The notes under the pieces: model-generated
The model's database searches: none
What the model was told of the DNA's origin: nothing
The model's input: the letters and a program-made list of their open reading frames with translations, nothing else
Shown here: one piece after another, positions 40,900 to 54,329 of the stretch
Layout of the letters: the number at the start of each line of letters is the position of its first letter
How positions within the stretch are numbered: the stretch's first letter is position 1
Assembly: GCF_006345805.1 (NCBI RefSeq)
Contig: NC_043011.1
Coordinates: 39,568,464 to 39,632,463, forward strand
DNA length: 64,000 bases
Direction of reading: 5' to 3'
DNA from: Octopus sinensis
Taxonomy: Eukaryota
Program-made: the position numbers and the translations under genes

Positions 40900-41600
40900 T
40901 GCAGAGCAAATTACAAACATCAGAGTTTCAACCTGCCTGCTAACAGTGTTTTATCAATCATTAAGAGTTCATCCTCAGCCATTTCTGAATTTTGATCTCT
41001 TTCCCTCTGTCATTAAGTGATCCTCAATACACTTTCCACAGACTCTTCACAGACACCTCTGCTATTGATTTTTCATGCTATCTCATACATCACTTCTTTC
41101 TGTTTTCCTTCATTGAGTTTTACACTTTGATTACTTTCAAAATGCATTCTTGCCCAGTTTATCAGTTCATCCAGTCTGCACAAGACTTCTCATCTCCGAT
41201 TTACAATGCTACATCATCCTTGAAAGCTTTCTTAGGGGAGTGGATCTCCATTTCATAGTTCTGGGCCATTATACCTCATACAACAACTTGGCTTTCATTC
41301 CAAGAATAAACCTCATGACTGGAATTGTACATCCAGCTCCAATTCCCACCCCCAAGCTTCTGCAAAATCATATAGTCTTTTGCATTAAATGACATACAGA
41401 GCTTGTCGTAATTGTCCATCCATCATCAATTTGTGAATTTCTGGAGAGATCCAGAATAGCTCCATGGCATATTCAAGCAGTGTATGTGGTGCTGCCCCAA
41501 GAGCATATTTCAGATCAAGCTACATGAGTGCCAGGCTGCTTTTCACCCATTTTGCTGTCGGAATGGTGTCCCAGATCAAAGCCACATGTTCTATGCAGCC
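40900..41600 (-). mobile_element. Highly degenerate LINE RT remnant (CR1/L2-like, tentative)
   Basis: A fragmentary post-RT peptide pattern is visible (YE...SIAEVSV..LGK..). It has many stops. Confidence 0.35.
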
Positions 41601-41653
41601 GTTCACACCTGGGATGCCAACTTTATGCAATCTACACTCAATGCAGCCATTAT

Positions 41654-41865
41654 TCCTTTATTCTTTAATTTGTTTCAGTCATTTGACTGCGACCATGGTG
41701 GAGCACCGCCTTTAGTCGAGCAAATTAACTCCAGGACTTCTTCTTAGTAAGCCTAGCACTTATTCTATCAGTCTCTCTTGCCGAACCGCTAAATGACAGG
41801 GATGTAAAACACCAGCATCGGTTGTCAAACGATATTAGGGGGACAAACACAGACACACAAACATA

Positions 41866-41904
<39 letters not shown>

Positions 41905-42060
41905 CAGGCTTCTTTCAGTTTCCGTCTACCAAATCCACTCACAAGGTTTTGGTCAGCCCGAGGCTATAGTAGAAGAGACTTGCCCAAAGTGCCACGCAGT
42001 GGGACTGAATCTGGAACCATGTGGTTGGTAAGCAAGCTACTTACCACACAGCCACTCCGG
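41654..42060 (-). mobile_element. Full-length family A SINE
   Basis: Family A head and tail motifs with a central (TA)n are present. Confidence 0.8.
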
Positions 42061-42774
42061 CGCCATTATCTATAAAAAAACTGTCATAATCCCTCAGGTA
42101 AATATGGCAAAGAATATTTTCTCATTCGCATTTAGGAGGGAAATTGATCAGAATTGGTTAAGAGTTGATGAATTCTGCTCTTTGAGGAAGATACATTCTG
42201 CTCTTGTTCAACAGCTGATTCCAAAGTCCAAAGACTTTGGAATGAGAAAGTGAAGAATAATTTATTCATCAAGTGGAACACCTTTCATAGACTTTACTTA
42301 TATACAAGCACAAGAATACAAGTATATATGTTTGTGTGTGTGTGTGTATTTGTGTGTGTGTGTGCATGTGTATTTGTGTGTGTAATATATAATTATTTCC
42401 ATGAGTGTGTTTATGTAGGTAAGAGAAAAGAAAGAAGGAAAGAAAGAAAGAAAGAATGAATAAATGAAATTACAAAAACAAGAAGACAAAGAAAACGAAG
42501 AAATAACGAAAAGGAGAAAGAAGTGAGAGAGGAGGAGGGGAGGGGCAGGATCTAAAAGGAGAAAAAAGAGAGAATAGAACAACCATAAAGCAAATCAACA
42601 CAGGAGACAAAACGAAAGTAATATCTTCTGTTCAGTTCTTTGCTGTAGAAGTCTGTTGGAGTAACCATTTACAAGATGACATTCTAGGTAAAAGTCACTT
42701 TTAATTGCTGTTTATATCAAACAATTTCCTTCCACCAATATACAATAAAATAGATTTTTTTTCCCCCATTTATG

Positions 42775-42957
42775 GCCATTATTATTACTATGATCATTAC
42801 TACTACTACTACTACTACAACTACTACTAATACTATTATGATTATTACTCTTAGAATTACTGTTATTATTAGAATTATTATTATTTTCACAATTATTATT
42901 GCTAACATTAATAATATTATTATTATCATTATTATCATTTTATTATTATTATCATTA

Positions 42958-42989
<32 letters not shown>

Positions 42990-43038
42990 TTAGTCTTACT
43001 GTTATTATTAGAATTATTATTGCTAACATTAAAAACAT

Positions 43039-43069
<31 letters not shown>

Positions 43070-43210
43070 ACTATTATTATTATTACTATCATCATCATTA
43101 TTATTTTATTATTATTAGTATCATTACTATTATTATTATTGTTGTTGTTGTTATTGTTGTTATTGTTAATATCAACATGATTATTATTATTATTGTTACC
43201 ATCATTATTA
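42775..43210. repeat. (ATT/ACT)n array; compound (TA)n at 43490-44170
   Basis: Seen directly in the sequence. Confidence 0.95.
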
Positions 43211-43610
43211 TTTTTTTTTTTTGTTTCTTACGATATTTAAATAGTCTTTTTTTTTCCCCCCACTCTCTTTTCACTTCGATATAATACATTTATTTTCACC
43301 AATTTCATCATTATTTTATATTGATTGAAATAGTTTCATTCTAACAAATAACTTATTATTGCCAGACGATAAATCTATTTCTTGCCGCGGCCGATACCGT
43401 ACGATGGCTATTGATAAATCATAACACTATCATTTCCTGCGCTTAATAATAAGCAAAGAAATAACAAGAATAAAAAATAATAACAAACTATACATACATA
43501 TATATATTTATATATATACAAACACACACATATAGTATATACATACATATATGTATACATAGATATATATATATATACATGCATATATATATATATACAT
43601 ATATATACAC

Positions 43611-43655
<45 letters not shown>

Positions 43656-43776
43656 CATATATATATATATATATATACACATATATATATACATAAAAAT
43701 ATATATATACATACATATATATATACATATATATATACATATATATATACACATATATATATACATATATATACAC

Positions 43777-43825
<49 letters not shown>

Positions 43826-46254
43826 TCATATATATATGCATATACTTAAGTATACACATACATGTATGTGTGTATACATATATATATATATAAGCATATA
43901 TAGTGTGTGTGTATATATATACACACACACACATATAAGTATACATATACATATATGTATACTTATATGTGTGTGTGTGTATATATATACACACACACTA
44001 TATATGCTTATATATATATATGTATATATATGTATGTATGTATATAAAATATATGTATACATACATAAGTAGATATAAACATGTATGTGTGTCTGTGTCT
44101 GTGTGTGTATGTGTGTGTGTCTGTGTCTACGTGTGTGTGTCTACGTGTGTGTGTCTATGTGTGTGTGTGTGTGTGTCAAGTGTAATATGTCAGTAAATAG
44201 ATCTTCTAGTAATGTAATTCTTCCGTCAGTCTGTGATGAGAGGAAGAATAAGTATGATTTGTGGTTGTCTTCTCCAGAAACTATATTGATAATCCATCCG
44301 AAGAAAACTAATTTTCTACTCAATGCGTATGCTGCTGCGTAACATCACTGTATTTGTGCGTATATGCCCACACGTGTACATGTGTACGAGTGTGTGTTAA
44401 CGTGTTTTGAAGAATTCAAACATTAGAATGTGTGTAGATGTGCTTATATTTCAAAGAGTAACTGAGGATAAATCACTGGAATCTGTTAAGTTGGTGACAG
44501 TCAGTAATAAGAACCTTTTTCTTCAGCTCTGTCTTTTAATCCCAAAAGAAAGCAGTGCCCATGCTGCTTCAGAGGGTGACCAAGACTGATGATGAAGAGG
44601 AAGGAAGATATCCTCAAACCAGAGACCTAATCTGAATGCTTGCAACGGATAAAATGTTGCATTGTTGGTAAATATGAAATTAATGGATGATAGGAACAGA
44701 TGTGGTTGTGTGGTTAAGAAGCTTGATTCTCAGCCAGATGTTTGCAGGTTCAGTCCCACTGTGTGGCACCTTGGCAAAGTGTTTTCTGTGATCGTCCGAG
44801 ACCAACCAAAGCCTTGTGAGTGGATTTGGTAGATGGAAACTGAAAGAAGCTCATCATATATATGAGTACATGTATGTGTGTGTGCATGTGTGTGCATGTG
44901 TATGGTGTGTGTGTGTGTGTGTGTTCATGTGTGTGTGTGAGTTCATGTGTGTGCATGTTTATGGTGTGTGTGTGTGTGTGTGTGTGTGTGCACTCATGCC
45001 TTGACTTACTGTGATGGTTGCATGTTACTCCTTTGTAATATACATGTCTGGCCATGAATGAATATTACCTTGCTGTGGAAAGAAGGTGAAGGTTGGTGAC
45101 AGGTAGGGCATCCAGCCAGAAAAAATCACCTTCAACAAATTCTATCCGAACCATGCAAGCATGGAAAACCGGATGGTGAAGACGATGGTAATGTATGATG
45201 AGTAAGAACTTGCAATAAACTGATGGTGGATTACAAATTTAGGAAAACTTAGACAAGTATTTTTCTTTTAATTTTGAAAAAAATATATTAAAAGGAAGAC
45301 TTCAAAATATTTGGGCAACAAAAACGATCTGATGCCATCATCGTCGTCATCATCATCATCATTCTCATCATCATCATGATTGTCATCGTCATCATCATCA
45401 TCATCATCATTATGACCATCATATTCATCACCATCATCATAACTATCATAATCGACATCATCATCATTCAAAGTCTGTTTTTAATGCTGGCATGGGTCAG
45501 ACAGTTTGACAGGAGCTGACAAGCCGAGGAGCTGCACCAAACTTCAGTTGTCTGGTTTGGCATGGTTTCTATGGCTGGACGTCCTTTGTAATGCCAACCA
45601 CTTTACAGAGTGAACTGGGTGCTTTTTCCAGGGCACCAACAGGGCTGCTTTTTACGTGGCCAGGAAAAAGAAAAAAAAAGGAAAAAATAAGATAGCCATC
45701 ACTTGCAAGCAAGTATGATAGCTTGGTCACTTGTACCATGCTTTCGCAAATTTTATTAGATGCCCATGTAGTTGTGAGCAGACACAGACTCCTTCCTGGG
45801 TTCTCCGACCTTGGAACCAGAGGAATATCCAGCATGTGGCAGCTGGTACTCATTTACAGCTGAACAGATTGGAGCAACATAAAATGAAGTATCTTGCTTA
45901 AGGATACAATGTTCCACCCATCTCTTATGAGCATTAGTAGTTGGATTGTGGCCATGCTGGGATACTGCTTTGAAGGGTTTAGTTCAATAAATTAATCTCC
46001 GTACTTATTTTGATGATCTGGTCAATCATTTTAACAGTCACTTTTACTAAACTGCTGAATGATGGGAATATAAACAAACCAACACAGGTTGATAAGCAGT
46101 GGCGGGGCATTCTAAGGTTTGAATTGTTTGAAAGACCTAACACACATACACACACACACAGACATGTGTGTGTGTGTGGACATGCACACACATATACTGA
46201 CACACATACTCATACACAAACACACATACATGCATATAAAAACATACATATTCA

Positions 46255-46566
46255 CCAGAAAATTAGTTTTCTTCAGATGGATTATCAATATCAAACAGAA
46301 AGACACACACACACATGTGGATATACATGCACACACACACACACACACAGATAAGTGCATACACATTAGTTTTCTTTAGATTGATTATCAATATCAAACA
46401 GAAAGACACACACACACACACATACACTCAAGATACACACACACACACACACATACACTCAAGATATACATACACACACACACACACATATAAACACATG
46501 TTCACCAGATTAATTTTCTTCCAATGGATTATCAATATCAAATAGAAACACACAGACACACATGTG

Positions 46567-46609
<43 letters not shown>

Positions 46610-46731
46610 GTGTGTGTGTGTGTGTGTGGATATACATACACAGACAGACAGACACGGACACACAAATAAATACATACATTCACCAGAAAATTATTTTTCT
46701 TCAGATGGGTTGTCAATATCAAACACAAAGA
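46255..46731. repeat. Four ~50-bp units separated by (CA)n/(TG)n tracts
   Basis: The unit is ccagaaaattaKttttcttcagatggattatcaatatcaaacagaaagaca. Confidence 0.75.
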
Positions 46732-46945
46732 AAGGCAACAAGCTGGCAGAAATGTTAGCACGCCAGACAAATTGCTTAGCAGTGTTTCATCTATCTTTAT
46801 GTTTTGAGTTCAAATTTCACCAAGGTCAACTTTGCCTTTCATCCTTTCGGAGTCAATAAATTAAGTATTAATTGTGTACTGTGGTCTATCTAATCAAGTG
46901 GCCCTCTACCCAAAAACTTCAGGCCTTGTGCCTAGAGTAGAAAAG
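46732..46945 (+). mobile_element. Family C SINE with a 17-bp TSD
   Basis: AATATCAAACACAAAGA occurs at 46715-46731 and 46946-46962. Confidence 0.85.
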
Positions 46946-47679
46946 AATATCAAACACAAAGACACATGCACAGGCAGGCTTCCACACAGTTTCTATCTAC
47001 CAAGGCATTGGACAGCCTGATGCTATATTAAATGACACATACCCAAGATGCCGCACAATGGGACTGAACACAAAATGAAATGGTTCTAAAATGAGCTTGT
47101 CAATCATAAGTGCCATGCCTGCACTTATGATCATGCGGCCCATTATCCAACCACGAGATAACATGCTTTCATGCTAAGATAAAGAGGCACAGAGAAATAA
47201 TGTGCTGTAAACCTATCCAACCCATGGCAGCATGTAAAATTATGTCAGATGTTAAAATATGGTGGAAATAATGAAATCCAAGATTATGAAATCAGTTGAT
47301 TTAAGAACGCAGACATACCATCATAATTACTCCGCTTAACATCCACCTTCTATGCTGGCATGGGTTGGATGGTCCGACCAAGCAGGAGCCTGCACCAGAC
47401 TTCTGTGTCTGTTTTGGCAGGGTTTTTATGACTGGATGCCCTTCTTAACACCAACCACCCAGCAGAACGGACTGAGTGCTTTTTACATGGAACAAACATA
47501 AGTGAGGTCAGTTTTGGCATTGGTTTTTACAGCTGGATGCCCTTCCAAATGCCAACCACTTTACAGTGTAAAACTGGATGCTTTTTACATGGCATCAGCA
47601 CATAAGGAAAAGGGATTCAATTTTCAGGATTATGATAATTAAAAAGCAGTTTTATAAAGCAAATTTGCATCATACTTAC

Positions 47680-47870
47680 AGTCTTCTCATAGTGTATTTT
47701 GAAGTACTTTGTTTGCGGAGGTAAAACTTGAATGCCGATGAGTTTTGGGGTAATGTTCATGAGACTGAGACGTTTTGAACATTTTTTTTCCAAGCAGACT
47801 ATCTGAAAGTGAATATCAACAGGAGCAGCTAACACTGTTTTACTCTCCTGACCAGTTTTCCGGAAAATCT
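47680..47870 (-). CDS. CFAP221: Coding exon of CFAP221/PCDP1-like gene (N-terminal ASH/Ig-like region)
   Basis: The acceptor is tcttttttcag and the donor is GTAAGT (47679-47674). The 191-nt exon reads xAG-IFRKTGQESKTVLAAPVDIHFQIVCLEKKCSKRLSLMNITPKLIGIQVLPPQTKYFKIHYEKT. This matches my recollection of human CFAP221 (IQARPGIIHF...HILPPQTKYFEINY). It ends in phase 0. Confidence 0.88.
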
Positions 47871-47949
47871 CTGAAAAAGAAAAACACAAAAAAGATACAT
47901 AAAGCATAAAATATGTTGAAATATTTCATAAGGATTTGAATAGTAAAGT

Positions 47950-48135
47950 TTAACCCTATAGCATTTCAACCAGCCATATCCAACAAAAAAATTCTCTCTA
48001 ATTTATGATCAAACTGGCTAGATCCAGCTTCTCATACCTACCCTACAATGTCATTCTAAAAACAAGAAAATTGCAACGAAGCTGCATGATATTGATGTCA
48101 GACATGGCATACAGACCACCATATAATTTGTTAGA
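47950..48135 (+). mobile_element. piggyBac-type MITE fragment
   Basis: The left end reads TTAA-ccctatagcattt. The right end is decayed. Confidence 0.4.
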
Positions 48136-48740
48136 CATTCACATTCCATCTTTATTCTTCTCTTCCATTTTAATGTTACCATGCCAGACAAAATGCTTAG
48201 TGGTATTTCATCTGTCTTTACATTCTGAGTTTAAATTCTGCCAAGGTGAACTTTGCCTTTCATCCATTCAGGGTCAATAAATTAAGAACCAGTTGCAAAC
48301 TGGGGGGTGCGATTTAATCGACTGGCACCCTCCACCAAAAATTTCAGGCCCTGTACCTAGAGTTGTAAAGATTCTTCTCTTCTATTATATTTTGACATGC
48401 ACATTTCATTTTTATTCTTCTCTTCCATTTTTACAAATCCAATATGCACATGCACGATGCGTCTTCATACATCGCTTTGTGGTTCCTACTCAAAATTGTT
48501 TATACATTACAACCATCTCATGAACTGGCGTTTATGAGGAGCACTTCATGCTCCGATGGTTGTGAAATAAACAATGACATCACTGAAATCTCAAAGCTAC
48601 AAGATAATGCATGACAAATTGAAAACAATATGGATAAATAAACATTACATCAGGTGTCTTGGGAAAATTTCAAACCTGGGTTCTCATTCCTAAGGTATTT
48701 TTCGATGTTGTTGTTGTTGTTGTTCTTCTTCTTCTTCTTC

Positions 48741-48777
<37 letters not shown>

Positions 48778-49335
48778 GAGTGAGAGAGCAGTGCATGCCA
48801 TCAAAGTGACACTGGAGTAAAATATACAAAGCCTAGTATACCCATCATGACTAACCATCTGATAAGGGTACACTAGGCACATGCATCACAACCATATATG
48901 CACGACATGGTGATCTCATATCAAGATAAACAGTACATGACCTTGCAGGTGGGGCTCAGTTAAAACTTTCTTCTGGTCGAGTAACTCATCCCGCTCAAAA
49001 GGTCCCTGAATAAGGGTTGTTTAAGGATGTTGAACAAAACACCCATGTTTCCAGAGGTGAATTATTCAAACCCCAAAGAATCCCTCTCAACACATGGCTA
49101 TGATGCTCCCCCACTACTTCTGCTCGTGATCAGAGATGCACATATCATGAGCCACTAAGGGACATGGTCAACTGGTTATGGTCAAACAACTGACAAGCAA
49201 ATCTGTGGTATTGAACAGAATATTTGCTGTAGCCCATCTTTTATACCAAGACAAAACAATGTACATGATAACACTTCCAATCAGTTTAGATCAGAAACCA
49301 TGAGAGCCACTGCCTGGTACTGCATCAGGGCATTA
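48778..49335. mobile_element. Unclassified ~560-bp element inserted in the (ATT)n of the pLTR
   Basis: It separates the tRNA head (49360-49447) from the rest of the pLTR (48648-48775) and is flanked by (ATT)n. Confidence 0.55.
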
Positions 49336-50363
49336 TTATTATTATTATTTTTTTTTTTTTATTATTCAGGTCACTGCCTGGAATCAAACTCGGAATCTTG
49401 GGGTTAGAAGCCCGCACTCTTAACCAATAAGCCATATACCTGTGGGCAATTATGGAGTGAATTTTAGGGCTTATTAATCTAATATTCTCCTATCCTTAAT
49501 ACCGGTTCCCATATGCTGTTCATATCTACACTCGGTCTGCTTAGGAGGTTGTTGTGTCCTAGCATATATACTGCTTCTTTTAGCTTTCGTATTTTCCAGT
49601 GGTGTTTTCTGTCTATTATTTTAACTTCATCCCAAAGGGGGAGGTGGTCTCCATTTTTCTATACATGATCAGCTATACCCGATTTATCAATATCTCCCCA
49701 TGTCACAGCTTTGCAATGTTCCTCTACCCTTATTTTGAGGAGGTGGCATGTTTCGCCTTTGTATAACCTACCACAGCTACACGGGATGGAGTACATACAG
49801 TCTTTGGTCATATTCTCTTCTATTGGTGGTTTTACCCAAAGGAGATATTTGCGAAGTGTTGTATTACTCTTGGATACTGTCCTGATGTCATATGGGCCGC
49901 ATATCTTTTGTATATTTTCGGAGAAGCCTTTCACATAGGGTAGACAGACTGTGGACAGTTTATCAGTTTTATCCTCTCTTTTCTTCCTAATTGGAGTGGA
50001 GAGTATGCTTTTGGGGTAGTTATTGCTTAATAGATTGTTACTGAGCTGGATCATTTTTTCATGGTTGGTATCACAATCACTACTTATATTCATTGCTCGA
50101 TGTTTTAGGCAGATGAGCAATCCCTTTCTTTACACTGTATGGATGGTGGGAGTTGAAGTTGAGGTATCATCCAGTGAAGGTCAGCTTGCGGCATACGGAT
50201 GTCCTAAATCCATACACTGCATGTTATTAATATGCCCAGGAATGCTAGCTGATTGTCTTTTCTTTTTCCATTGTGAACTGTATGGATAGCTTTATTGAGT
50301 TCACATATGCTACTAACCCCAAGATTCCGAGTTTGATTCCAAGCAGTTACCTGAATAATAATA

Positions 50364-50395
<32 letters not shown>

Positions 50396-50476
50396 AATAA
50401 TAAAAATAATAATAATAGCAACAACAACATCAAAAAGTACTTTAGGAATGAGAACCCCGGTTCGAAATTTCTCCAA

Positions 50477-50522
50477 GACACCTGATGAAGGTTGGAGGGT
50501 ATATCAGCCGAAACATTGTGTT
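50477..50522 (+). ncRNA. Minimal type-I hammerhead ribozyme motif in the PLE pLTR (family 1, best copy)
   Basis: It reads GACAC CTGATGA A GGTTGG-AGGGTATA-TCAGCC GAA ACAT T GTGTT. The palindromic ACGT of helix III is retained in the copies at 27499-27544 and 11963-12008. Confidence 0.7.
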
Positions 50523-51372
50523 AATAACAAACAAGATGAGGACAAATATCCGTCAATTGTAAATGATGTAAATAATGTACATAATTCCTTATCTCTTAAA
50601 TATAGAACAGTATTCAAACTGTTCCTAATGTTTACCAAGAAAGTCAGTGTAAACATTATTCACACAATTAATGAAGGTACGAATGATTTAGAAATATTTT
50701 TATCCAGCAGTGTAGTGATGGGTATTGAGCAAGTATTAATAAACGTTAAGTCAATATATTTTACTGTGAGCAAAAGAGAAATGTACCAATGCTTTGAGCA
50801 TATGCCCTTTGTTAAGGAAGAGTAGAGGTAACTGTGTTGCTGTCTCATTGTAATGGAAGTAACAGATGATGTGTGCATGCATGTATGTGTGCTAGTAGGT
50901 AGGTAGCCATGAAGGAAGGAAGGTAGGTAGGTAGGTAGGTAAGTAGATACATAGGTAGGTAGCTGAGTAGATAGGTATTGTAGGTAGGCATGCAGGCAAG
51001 TATGTATGTATGTATGTATGTATGTATGTATGTATGTATGAATGTATGTATGTATGAATGTATGTATGTATGTATGTATGTATGTATGTATGTATGTAGT
51101 ATGCATGTATGTATGCATGCATGCATGTATGTATCCACGTAGGTAGGCAGATAGGTAGGCAGGTAGGTAGGTAGGTAAGTAGGTAGCTAGGTAGGTAAGT
51201 AGGTATGTAGGTGGGTAGGCAGGCAGGTAGTTGGGTAGGTAGATAGGTAGATCAGACAGTTGGGTAGGCAGATTAATAGGTAAATAGGTAGGCAAGCAGT
51301 TTTTTCCTCTCTCAAATGTTTTTTCTTTTCTTTATCTCTTTATGCCTTTCTTTCCCTCTCTCTCTCTCTCTC

Positions 51373-51407
<35 letters not shown>

Positions 51408-51631
51408 GACTCCCAATTTTACACTTCTATTCCTTCTTTTTCTCTTTCTTCCTCTATTTTTTTCCCATTTCCCATTTCATAAACCATATTCAAACATTTC
51501 CTACAATATTTAAACAAACTGCCCTACTTACTGTATACCCATGTATATATTTCTCAATACATACACATACATGTATGTATGTTTGTATGCATATTGTGTG
51601 TGTGTGTATATATATACACACACACAAACAT

Positions 51632-51672
<41 letters not shown>

Positions 51673-51695
51673 ACATACAAACATGTGTGAGTGTG

Positions 51696-51746
<51 letters not shown>

Positions 51747-51750
<4 letters not shown>

Positions 51751-52160
51751 TGAAAGAGAGAGAGAGCATGGATATATTTTTTCTATCTATTCACCATATA
51801 TATCACCATATTAATATGTTATATCTATATAACTACCTATATACATATATATATATATACACACAAACATATGTGTGTATATACACACACACATACATGC
51901 ATTTATATCATCATAAGTTTTATGATTATATATATATATATATATTATATATATATATATACAGTGAAAGAGAGAGAGAGCATGGATATATTTTTTCTAT
52001 CTATTCACCATATATATCACCATATTAATATGTTATATCTATATAACTACCTATATACATATATATATATATACACACAAACATATGTGTGTATATACAC
52101 ACACACATACATGCATTTATATCATCATAAGTTTTATGATTATATATATATATATATATA
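51747..52160. repeat. Tandem duplication with a 214-bp period, bounded by (TA)n
   Basis: The sequence acagtgaaagagagagagagcatgg... starts at both 51747 and 51961. Confidence 0.9.
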
Positions 52161-52799
52161 TACACACATAATGTGTATATTACATATAATGTATGTGTGT
52201 GCCTGTGTGTGTGTGATGTGCACACATGTGTGTGATGTGCACACATGTGTAAAATCATACATTTATAGATAGTTAAATAGATAAAAAACACATAATGATA
52301 TATGGTTCTGTAGGTGGGATGTTTGCCTTCTCTGCCATTCTGAAGTTTAAAAATATTAACAACACAAATATAAGCACTTCAAGATAACAACATCTCAGTA
52401 AACATAATAATGCCGTATGTAATATAATATAATATAATATAATATAATGTAATGTAATATAATATAATGTATATGTGATATAATATATAATATAGTGTAA
52501 TATGTAAGATATAGTATGATTTTTAATATGATGTAATACAAAAAAAATCACCTATAGGCATATATATATATATATGGCCATAGATAGGTTTACGTGCATG
52601 AATAGCTCTGTGTGTGTGTGTGCGTGTGTGTATGTGTGCTTCTGTGTGTGTGCTTGTGTGTGTGTGTGTGTGTGTGTGTGTTTCTGTGTACATGTGTGTT
52701 TCTGTGTGCACACGTGTGTGTGTGCGCATGGATGTGTGTTTCTGTGTATCTATGGTGTGTGTGTGTTTGTGTGTGTGTGTGCATGTGTGTGCATGTGTG

Positions 52800-52831
<32 letters not shown>

Positions 52832-53510
52832 CGTGCGTGTGTGTGTGTGTGCGTGTGGTGTGTGTGTATATGTGTACAAATCTTAATGTTCATGTTTATT
52901 TTGAAAATTTCTTCTGAAGTGACAGGAGACATTCCTGGTGTTAAAGTATAACGGAAACAACAACAACAACAACAACAACAATCATAATGTTTGTTTATGT
53001 TTTTTTACACTCTACCCTTCTTTTAAACACTCTCCAAATTTAATTGTTTGCTCACTTTTCTAACCATTTTTACAAGTGCTTCATAACTGAACATTCTGGA
53101 AAGGATATTGCTGATATTACAGTGGTGGTGGTGGTGGTGGTGGTTATAGTGGTCGCAGTGGTGAATGTAATATTAGTTATGGGTGGTGGTCATGGCAGTG
53201 GTTGTAGTGACGATGGTGGTGGTGGTGGTGGTGGTGTTGGTGGTAGTGATAATGATGACGATGACGACGATGATGATGATGACAATGTTGACGATGACAA
53301 TGATGATGATGAAGATGATGATGATGGTGGTGGCATTAAATATTTCTTCAAAGTCAACAATGGCATAACACTCTGTTGACACAAAATTTATTGGAATTTC
53401 TCAAGTAGACACAATCTGAAGGTTGCTAAATTAACAACACAACAAATAAAAGAATAAATGAGTATATAAATATAATAATAATAATAATAATAATAATGAT
53501 AATAATAATA

Positions 53511-53568
<58 letters not shown>

Positions 53569-53669
53569 GGGACATTACAAGGATAGGTTACAATTTATGT
53601 AAAGGGTTTACTTAAAAACAGTGAAGAGAATAACGGAAGAAGGATGGTGGTAGAAGATTCAAATTATAC

Positions 53670-53832
53670 AGAGGTGCAGGTGTAGCTGTGTGGTAAAAAG
53701 CTTCACATAGTTCTGGGTTCAGTCCCACTGTGTGACACCTTGGGCAAGTGTCTTTTACTATGGCTTCGGGCCAATCAAAGACTTGTGAGTTGATTTGGTA
53801 GACAGTGACTGAAAGAAGCCCATTGTATACAT

Positions 53833-53871
<39 letters not shown>

Positions 53872-54035
53872 ATATAGGAAGAGCATGGCGTTAGGAAGGG
53901 CATCCAGCTGTAGAAACATTGCCAGATAAGACTGGAGCCTGGTGCAGCCTTCTGGCTTCTCAGATCCCCGGTCAAACCGTCCAACCCATGCTAGCATGGA
54001 GAACGGACGTTAAACGATGATGATGATGATGATGA
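53670..54035 (+). mobile_element. Family A SINE head, then (TA)n, then a family D element
   Basis: Motifs of both families are seen in sequence. Confidence 0.7.
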
Positions 54036-54238
54036 TATACTTAATCATATCGAAGGGAAATGGAAATTAATAGAAATTTTCACTTCCATTTGCCTAGCAT
54101 GTAAAAATTTAGTCCAAAGACTATGTATTACTCATAAAATACACTGTACGTTTAAACACTTAAGAGGGATCCACTCATGGGATTCATCATGCTAGAATGA
54201 ACAGCTAGGTTCCGAAACCACAAAATTAGGGATAAAAT

Positions 54239-54276
<38 letters not shown>

Positions 54277-54329
54277 TTTTATTCTTTTACTTGTTTCAGT
54301 CATTTGATTGTGGCCATGCTAGGGCATGG

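Larger units (their letters stand above)
48648..50610 (-). mobile_element. 5'-truncated Penelope-like element: inverted pLTR (50298-50610,+), RT/GIY-YIG remnant (50295-49480,-), pLTR (49447-48648,-)
   Basis: It reads NSIKLSIQFTMEKEK/DNQLAFL, VCLPYVKG, CMYSIPCSCGRLYKGET and KIRVEEH. The pLTR follows the ORF end directly. Confidence 0.88.

Noticed and set aside
46255-46731. CRISPR-like repeat-spacer appearance
   Set aside because: The spacers are microsatellites of unequal length, the context is eukaryotic, and there are no cas genes.
50640-50770. Minus-strand exon after a strong acceptor near 50770
   Set aside because: All frames reach stops before a good donor, and there is no CFAP221 similarity.
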